A stretch of 64,000 nt of DNA from an uncultured Lachnospiraceae bacterium. Its GTDB lineage: Bacteria > Bacillota > Clostridia > Lachnospirales > Lachnospiraceae. Shown in pieces: positions 58,029-64,000 of this stretch. How positions within the stretch are numbered: the stretch's first letter is position 1; every line of letters starts with the position of its first letter. The stretch lies in assembly GCA_902783385.1 (NCBI GenBank), contig CACZQP010000071.1, forward strand, positions 2,311-66,310, given 5' to 3'. A program made the position numbers and the translations under genes. The notes under the pieces were generated by a model. That model was not told the origin of the DNA, made no database searches, and saw nothing but the letters and a program-made list of their open reading frames with translations.

Positions 58029-60398
58029 ATGTCCGCAGCGAAGCGCAGAATACTTTTCCTGATCATCCTGGCACTGGAGTGTGCCCTTCTTGCCCATACG
58101 TTTCTCTTGCGCAATATCGAGTACAGCGTTTCCTTTTCCGCAGACGACCTGGCGATCGACAGAGGTGCAGGCGTCTATGAAAAGGGCTCCTATGTGGATC
58201 TGAGCTACGATGGGGAAAAGACCATTGTAACTCCCGCATTCCACGTGCCGGCCGGCATCTACGGCATCACAGTGGACTACGATTCGAACGGCGGGATCTA
58301 TACCACGGAGTGCTACTCCGCCATTGCTGCCGCCGGCGGCGATGGGGTAAAGGGTGCAAGACTCGTTCTGGAGGCGGGCGCCCCCATCCGCGGCACCTCG
58401 CACAGCACCACCTACCGCGGCTATGTGAATGCCCCCTGCGACATCCGGATCGCAACAGGTGTGTCCCTGACCGCCCCGCGCGACAGCTATGTCCTCGTGC
58501 GCGGCGTCACCGCCACGTATTTGCGGCGCCGGACCATGGTGTATCACCTGACAAAGCTCCTGTTCTTTGTCACCCTGCTCAACCTCGCGGCGGCCGCCGG
58601 TCTCCTGTACCCGGAAAAAGCGGCCCCGCTCCTTAAAAAGCACGCCTTTGTGCTCACGGGGCTTGCCGGCATCATCTTGCTTGCCTGCTATCCGCTGCTG
58701 AAGCGTGACATCTACTTCGGCGACGACATCATGTATCACTTAAGCCGTATCGCCTACCTCGCGGAGGGGCTGGTTTTCCACCCTCTCTCCCTCAGGATGC
58801 ATCCCGGCTGGGCAAACGGCTACGGGTACGCAGCCGGGATCGGTTACCCCGACCTGTTCCTGCTGCCGTCCGCCGCGCTCGTCGCGCTGGGCTACCCCAT
58901 TTCGACCGCCTATGAGTTTTACCAGGTGATGGTCACCGTCCTGACCGCCTGCATATCCTTCTTTACATTCGCGCGGATTTCACGCGATAAGAGGATCGGC
59001 ATGGCCGGCGCTGTCTTCTACACGCTTGCCGGCTTCCGCCTGCACTCGATCTATACCGGCGCAACCGTCGGGGAATACGGAGCATACACCTTCCTGCCGC
59101 TCGTCGCACTCGGCCTGTGGGAGATCTACCGCACGGATTCCGCATCCGCCTCCGCAGCTTCCGCACAGTCCGGGAAAGGCGCCTCGCCGGCTGCCGAATC
59201 CGCTCCGGGAGCCGAGCGCACCGCAGCCGGCAGCTCCCGCGCGTGGATCACGCTCGCGCTCGGCATCACCGGCGTCATGAGCATGCACGTGCTCTCGACG
59301 CTCCTTTTGGCGCTCCTGATCCCGCTCCTGTGCATCGTCCTCTGCAGAAAGACTTTTACAAAGCCCGTCTTCTTCCCGCTCCTGAAGGCGCTCGTCCTGA
59401 CGATCGCCCTCAATCTTCATTTCATGGTGCCGGTGCTCGACTATCTCCTGCACCAGCCGATGAAGGGAACGGGCGAGGGATATCCACTCTGGAACAACGC
59501 GACTGACGTCGTGGAACTGTTCATCAACGCTGCGGACCCCGAGCACATCTCGGGCGGCTGGGCAGGCGCGGGGATTGTCTCGTTCTGCGTCCTTATGCTC
59601 GCTCTGTTCCTGCTTCTTCGCGGACAGGCCGGAGTATTCCGGAAGGAAATCCGCTTTCTTTCCGTCGCGGCCGTTCTGCTGCTCTTTATCAGCACTAAGG
59701 CATTCCCGTACTATGCCATCCGGGAAAACCTGCCCTTCCTCTACCGGATCATTTTCAACATCCAGTTCCCGTGGCATTTCCTGAATCCCGCGCTCGCTGT
59801 CCTTGCGCTTCTTTTCGTGCTTGTGCTGTGCGCCGTAAAGGAGAGCCGCGGGGAAAGTGAAATGCAGGCGGCGCTTGTCATTCTGTGCCTCATCTGCTGT
59901 GCGCAGAGCTGGCTTTTCCTGAACAACGTCGCGGAGAACGGCCGAACGATCGCAATGTACGACGCGGCTTCCCTCCCCTCCGGCAACGGCGATGAATTCA
60001 TGATTCCCGATGCCTCCCTGTCCCTTCCGTACACCGCGACGTCCGTTGCGATCTCGGATCCCGGTGCCGGACATGCGGACCAGGTGACCCGCAGGGGGCT
60101 CTCGGTGAGTGCCCGTCTCACCAATGATTCGGACCGGGAGGTCTATGCCCTGTTTCCGCTCTGGGCATACCGATATATGACTGCCGTCGATGCATCCGGA
60201 ACATCCCTGAATGTCAGTGAGGCAGACGACCACCGGCTGGCAGTCCTTTTGCCTGCTGGATTTGACGGGACCGTGACCGCCTCCTTCCGCGAGCCGCTCC
60301 ATTGGCGCGCCGCGCAGATCCTCTCCCTCGCGGCGCTGATCTGGGTCGCGCTCCGCCTGGCCGCATCCCGAAGGCGCGGGCTTTCTGCAGCCGATTGA
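58029..60398 (+). CDS. Large membrane protein, GT-C/YfhO-like, paralog of 15509-17998
   Basis: YFGDDIMYHLSRIAYLAEGL, GYGYAAGIGYPDLFL, QFPWHF, FREPLHWRAA. RBS GGAGG. Confidence 0.72.
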   Translation: MSAAKRRILFLIILALECALLAHTFLLRNIEYSVSFSADDLAIDRGAGVYEKGSYVDLSYDGEKTIVTPAFHVPAGIYGITVDYDSNGGIYTTECYSAIAAAGGDGVKGARLVLEAGAPIRGTSHSTTYRGYVNAPCDIRIATGVSLTAPRDSYVLVRGVTATYLRRRTMVYHLTKLLFFVTLLNLAAAAGLLYPEKAAPLLKKHAFVLTGLAGIILLACYPLLKRDIYFGDDIMYHLSRIAYLAEGLVFHPLSLRMHPGWANGYGYAAGIGYPDLFLLPSAALVALGYPISTAYEFYQVMVTVLTACISFFTFARISRDKRIGMAGAVFYTLAGFRLHSIYTGATVGEYGAYTFLPLVALGLWEIYRTDSASASAASAQSGKGASPAAESAPGAERTAAGSSRAWITLALGITGVMSMHVLSTLLLALLIPLLCIVLCRKTFTKPVFFPLLKALVLTIALNLHFMVPVLDYLLHQPMKGTGEGYPLWNNATDVVELFINAADPEHISGGWAGAGIVSFCVLMLALFLLLRGQAGVFRKEIRFLSVAAVLLLFISTKAFPYYAIRENLPFLYRIIFNIQFPWHFLNPALAVLALLFVLVLCAVKESRGESEMQAALVILCLICCAQSWLFLNNVAENGRTIAMYDAASLPSGNGDEFMIPDASLSLPYTATSVAISDPGAGHADQVTRRGLSVSARLTNDSDREVYALFPLWAYRYMTAVDASGTSLNVSEADDHRLAVLLPAGFDGTVTASFREPLHWRAAQILSLAALIWVALRLAASRRRGLSAAD

Positions 60399-60532
60399 AT
60401 AAGATTTACGGATTTTTCCCTTATTTTTATTGCGATTCGTCTATTTATTTCCGCGGGCGGATAGATTACACTATTGGTCTAAGATATGCGGCCACAAACC
60501 GATCAGTTTCCGGAAAGGTGAGGTAGGAATTC

Positions 60533-61111
60533 ATGAAATTTCTTGAAGAACGCATTTTAAAGGACGGCCAGGTACGCCCCGGGGAGATCCTGAAAGTCGA
60601 CAGCTTCCTGAACCATCAGCTGGATGTGGATCTGCTCAATGAGATCGGAAAAACCTTTTATGAGAAGTACAAGGACTGCGGCATCACCCGCATCCTGACT
60701 GTTGAAGCATCCGGCATCGCGATCGCCTGCCTCACGGCAAACTATTTCCATGTCCCGGTCGTCTTCGCAAAGAAAGCCAAGAGCAAAAACCTCGACGGCG
60801 ACCTGTATTCCTCTGTCGTACACTCCTACACCTACGGCAAGGACTACACTGTGACCCTGTCGAAAAAGTTCCTGACAAAGGATGACAAGGTCCTGCTGAT
60901 CGACGACTTCCTCGCTGTCGGCAAGGCCATGCTGGGTCTTCTGGATATCTGTGCCCAGGCGGGCGCCCAGGTCGCAGGCATCGGCATTGCGATCGAGAAG
61001 GGCTTCCAGCCGGGCGGCAAGACGCTCCGCGAGGCGGGCTATGACCTGACCTCTCTCGCAATCATCAAGACGATGGACGACGAGGGCAACATCACCTTCC
61101 GCGAGCAGTGA
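60533..61111 (+). CDS. xpt: Xanthine phosphoribosyltransferase
   Basis: LKVDSFLNHQ, TVEASGI, LIDDFLA.G, IEKGFQ. Confidence 0.95.
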   Translation: MKFLEERILKDGQVRPGEILKVDSFLNHQLDVDLLNEIGKTFYEKYKDCGITRILTVEASGIAIACLTANYFHVPVVFAKKAKSKNLDGDLYSSVVHSYTYGKDYTVTLSKKFLTKDDKVLLIDDFLAVGKAMLGLLDICAQAGAQVAGIGIAIEKGFQPGGKTLREAGYDLTSLAIIKTMDDEGNITFREQ

Positions 61112-61152
61112 GCTGAACCGGAACGCTTTCACGGAATCACAATAGAACGAGT

Positions 61153-61571
61153 GCGGCGCTCCCGCTCCGCAAAAAAACGCACCCTCTCCTCCGGCAGCAC
61201 ACATATGTACTCCGCGCGACGCTCTCGCTCCGCAAAAAACGCAACGGTACGTAATGCCGCAAAATACGCGGCATAAGTACCGGCGTTTTTTGAGGCGCGC
61301 TTCGACATATGTGTGCTGCCGGAGGTGTATCTGAAGCCGGCACGCTGGACATGGCTGCGACTTGCGGCGGACGCCCGGGAAGGCGCGAGCATAGCGCGGA
61401 CACGGGAGGCGCTGTCTGAGGGCGCTTCATATGCTGCCGGGAGTGCAGGGCCAACGCGGCGCCCAAGTTTGCCGGACGTGTCCGTAATAAGCGGCGCAGC
61501 GCCGGCGGACGGACGATGCGGAAGCAGACATGTCATGCGTGCCGCCGTTTTTGAGGCGCGCTTCGACATAT
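61153..61571. repeat. Composite structured intergenic element: hairpin copy B (61188-61325), second long hairpin (61338-61544) and duplicated arms
   Basis: Perfect 21-bp IR 61188-61208/61305-61325. 18/21 IR 61338-61358/61524-61544. Direct repeats 61153-61181~61216-61243 and 61284-61310~61546-61571. Confidence 0.85.
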
Positions 61572-61643
61572 ATACCTGCTCCGCTTTATCTTTCCATTAT
61601 TTATGATTCCCAAAACCGGCCGGAAATATATTTAAATGCCGTG

Positions 61644-63026
61644 TCAGGTCACGTCGCCCGACTCGAGATTGGACTCATATTCCGCGTCCCGAATACGGAC
61701 GCCGGCCTCTTTTCCCGTATAGGTCTGATAAATCGCGACGTGGTCGTAGATCGCGCGCCAGGCGCTCCAGGCGTTTGCCGTTACACAAATGTGATGATGT
61801 CCGTCGTCTGCGATCTGGTAACTGGCCGCACAGCAGCCGGCCTCTGCGACGTAGCCCGTCTTGGCGCTCATCACCTCGCCGTGGTTGTCCTTGTCCTCGA
61901 TCCTTCGCAGGAACCAGTTCGAGATATCGATCCCGTCCGGATGTGCCGCCGTTTTCGAAGTCACATATCGATGCTCCGACAGCACCTGCCTGCACAGGTC
62001 GTTCTCCAGCGCCGCCTTCAGAATCATGGCCATATCCGTCACCGTGCAGTGATGGTCCGGGTCGTACAACCCCACGCTGTTCGTAAAGTGCGCTGTGGAG
62101 GACAGGCCGAGCGCCGCGAGCTTCTCGTTCATGCGTGCGACAAAGGCCTCCTCCGAGCCCGCCGCATAAGCAGCAAGCGTCATCGCCGCATCCCCGCCCG
62201 ACGGCAGGATCGTACCATAGAGCAGATCCCGGATCGACACTTCCTCGTCCGGCATAAAGCCCGCCTGTGAACAGTCATGGCTGTAGGTGAAATCACAGAT
62301 TTCCTGCGTAACTGTCGTCGTCCGGGAGAGGACTTCTTCGGAAAGCGGACGGCCCTCCTGTTTTTCCAGCTCTTCCACCGCCACCAGGAGCGTCAGAATC
62401 TTCGTCATGGACGCGGGGTTAATGATCGTTCCGTCTTCGCGGCCCGCCATCACTTCGCCCGTCTCCACATCCACAAGGACACCGTATTGACTCTGCACTT
62501 CCTCCACGGCCAGATACACGGTCCTTTCCGTGCGCTTTGCCTCATAGCCGTCAAAGAACATGGCGACCTCTTCGGAGAGTCCCGCCTGCTCTTCTTCCTC
62601 TTCTTCCTGCGGCGCGGCAAAGGCCAGCTCCTGCGCCGTCAGCTCTTCCACAGTCTGGACCTGCGCCGCCTCGGCGCTCGCCATTACGCCCGCGTCGTCC
62701 CTTCGAACAGCGCGCAGAATCCCGCGCACGGCGACAAAAAGCAGCATGAAGCACAGAAAGATCCCCGCACCGAAAAGTGCAAGACGCACATAGGCGGCTC
62801 GCTGTCTCTTCCTCCGCAGTCTGATCCGCCTGCTTTGCAGCTGCCTTTCGGAAAGTATCCTTCTGTCTGCGGACCTTTCCATACGCGCAGTATTCCCGGG
62901 TGCCGCATGCACCTGCCGGGCCCTGTTCCTGCGGGCACTGTCCGTTTTTCTGTTTACCGGTATATGCACCGGAGCGCTGCGCTGCGAGCGTCTGTGCTGC
63001 GGCGCATTCTCGTTATACGCACTCAT
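61644..63026 (-). CDS. D-alanyl-D-alanine carboxypeptidase (peptidase S11), membrane anchored
   Basis: PASMTKI (SxxK), PSGGDAA, AKTG. Basic N-terminus plus one TM. Start position uncertain. Confidence 0.88.
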   Translation of the reverse strand: MSAYNENAPQHRRSQRSAPVHIPVNRKTDSARRNRARQVHAAPGNTARMERSADRRILSERQLQSRRIRLRRKRQRAAYVRLALFGAGIFLCFMLLFVAVRGILRAVRRDDAGVMASAEAAQVQTVEELTAQELAFAAPQEEEEEEQAGLSEEVAMFFDGYEAKRTERTVYLAVEEVQSQYGVLVDVETGEVMAGREDGTIINPASMTKILTLLVAVEELEKQEGRPLSEEVLSRTTTVTQEICDFTYSHDCSQAGFMPDEEVSIRDLLYGTILPSGGDAAMTLAAYAAGSEEAFVARMNEKLAALGLSSTAHFTNSVGLYDPDHHCTVTDMAMILKAALENDLCRQVLSEHRYVTSKTAAHPDGIDISNWFLRRIEDKDNHGEVMSAKTGYVAEAGCCAASYQIADDGHHHICVTANAWSAWRAIYDHVAIYQTYTGKEAGVRIRDAEYESNLESGDVT

Positions 63027-63135
63027 ATTGGACCATTTTACAGCATTTCCCTTCCGCGCGTAACCCATCGCCGGAACATCGCCTCCGGTAAGCCCGCCGG
63101 CCCGGTCAGGCGGCACAGGTCCGGAAAGTTGTGTA

Positions 63136-63163
63136 TTGACTTGCATCCCGGAAAAACTACACT
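63136..63163 (+). promoter_or_regulatory. Candidate sigmaA promoter of ftsH
   Basis: TTGACT-16 nt-TACACT, ending about 44 bp before the ATG. Confidence 0.5.
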
Positions 63164-63206
63164 GGAAGTACAGACGCCAGAAATCCGTACAGCGAGGTAA
63201 AACGCA

Positions 63207-64000
63207 ATGAAAGAAGTGAAAAGCCCCAAAAAACCACTGCTGTTCTATTATGCAGTCGTAATGATGATCATGATCATGTTCAATTCCATGATCGCGCCGC
63301 GGCTGATGCGGGCCGCCGTAAAGGATGTGGACTACGGCACCTTCATGACGATGACGGAAAACGGCGAAATCGGCAAGGTTCAGATCCAGAACAACCAGAT
63401 CCTGTTCACAAATAAGGACGAAACACAGATCTGCCGGACCGGCCTCATGGACGACCCCGGTCTGGTGGAAAGACTCCACGATGCCGGCGCAGAGTTTTCC
63501 AGCGTGATCGTTGAGGAGACGTCGCCTTTCTTAAGCCTTCTTCTCTCATGGTTCCTTCCGATTGCGCTCTTTATCCTGCTCGGCCAGTTCCTGTCCCGGA
63601 AAATGATGGACAAGGCAGGCGGCGGCGCGGGCTCCATGATGTTCAATCTTGGAAAATCCAACGCGAAAGTCTACGTCAAATCCACGGAGGGCATCCGCTT
63701 CAGCGATGTCGAGGGTGTGGACGAGGCGGAAGAAAACCTGCAGGAGATCGTGGATTATCTGCACAATCCGGAAAAGTACCGCGAGATCGGCGCCTCCATG
63801 CCAAAGGGCGTACTGCTCGTCGGACCTCCCGGCACCGGCAAGACCATGCTGGCCAAGGCAGTGGCCGGTGAGGCCAACGTGCCCTTCTTCTCCATGTCCG
63901 GCTCTGAATTTGTAGAGATGTTCGTCGGCATGGGCGCCTCCAAGGTCCGGGATCTGTTCCGACAGGCAAAGGAAAAAGCGCCCTGCATCGTCTTCATCGA
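63207..64000 (+). CDS. ftsH: ATP-dependent zinc metalloprotease FtsH (partial, runs off the window)
   Basis: Hand translation [15 protein letters not shown].., two TM segments, [45 protein letters not shown]. Confidence 0.95.
   Translation, partial: MKEVKSPKKPLLFYYAVVMMIMIMFNSMIAPRLMRAAVKDVDYGTFMTMTENGEIGKVQIQNNQILFTNKDETQICRTGLMDDPGLVERLHDAGAEFSSVIVEETSPFLSLLLSWFLPIALFILLGQFLSRKMMDKAGGGAGSMMFNLGKSNAKVYVKSTEGIRFSDVEGVDEAEENLQEIVDYLHNPEKYREIGASMPKGVLLVGPPGTGKTMLAKAVAGEANVPFFSMSGSEFVEMFVGMGASKVRDLFRQAKEKAPCIVFI

Noticed and set aside
60399-60532. Purine riboswitch upstream of xpt
   Set aside because: No TATAAT..GATATGG..GTTTCTACC..CCGTAAA core and no expression-platform terminator are visible.
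61153-61571. CRISPR array or integron attC array
   Set aside because: Repeats occur only in pairs with irregular spacing. There are no cas or intI genes and no RYYYAAC/GTTRRRY ends.
61129-61606. Short ORFs in the xpt spacer (146, 109 and 97 aa)
   Set aside because: No RBS or recognisable motifs. The repeated peptide MSKRASK simply reflects the DNA repeat.
63027-63479. N-terminal extension of the carboxypeptidase ORF (611 aa call)
   Set aside because: It is antisense to ftsH and its promoter, and is not part of an S11 architecture.

Overview
High-GC Clostridia DNA, with gene content resembling Lachnospiraceae (my impression, no search run). No rRNA, tRNA, CRISPR array, transposase or integrase is visible. 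From left to right: (1) 1-18 kb, a minus-strand surface-glycan locus with pseF/pseI/pseG, a GT52-like transferase, a PglK-like ABC flippase, rffA, a GNAT, two GT2s and several GT-C/O-antigen-ligase-like membrane proteins. (2) 18-21 kb, scfA-scfB (SCIFF ranthipeptide; scfA is missing from the ORF track), a coupled J-domain gene, and a YefM-YoeB pair coupled to the first glycan gene. (3) mscL. (4) 22-36.3 kb, a self-contained sigma54 module: its own rpoN, an AcoR-like activator, a consensus -24/-12 promoter, and a 10-gene catabolic operon of unknown substrate (PanE-like, TRAP, two dehydrogenases, isomerase, Fba, PPi-Pfk, ALDH). (5) fhs-fchA-folD-folT and a folC::5-FCL fusion. (6) A decarboxylase, a CBS-PPase and an FAD oxidoreductase. 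(7) mglBAC-galK. (8) A LysR-controlled dehydrogenase/FAH/SDR cluster. (9) A diguanylate cyclase, a GT-C paralog, xpt, a D,D-carboxypeptidase and partial ftsH. The most unusual signals are the sigma54 module and two homologous ~135-nt intergenic hairpins (54.1 kb and 61.2 kb) that share an architecture with compensatory base changes. All calls come from reading motifs by eye.
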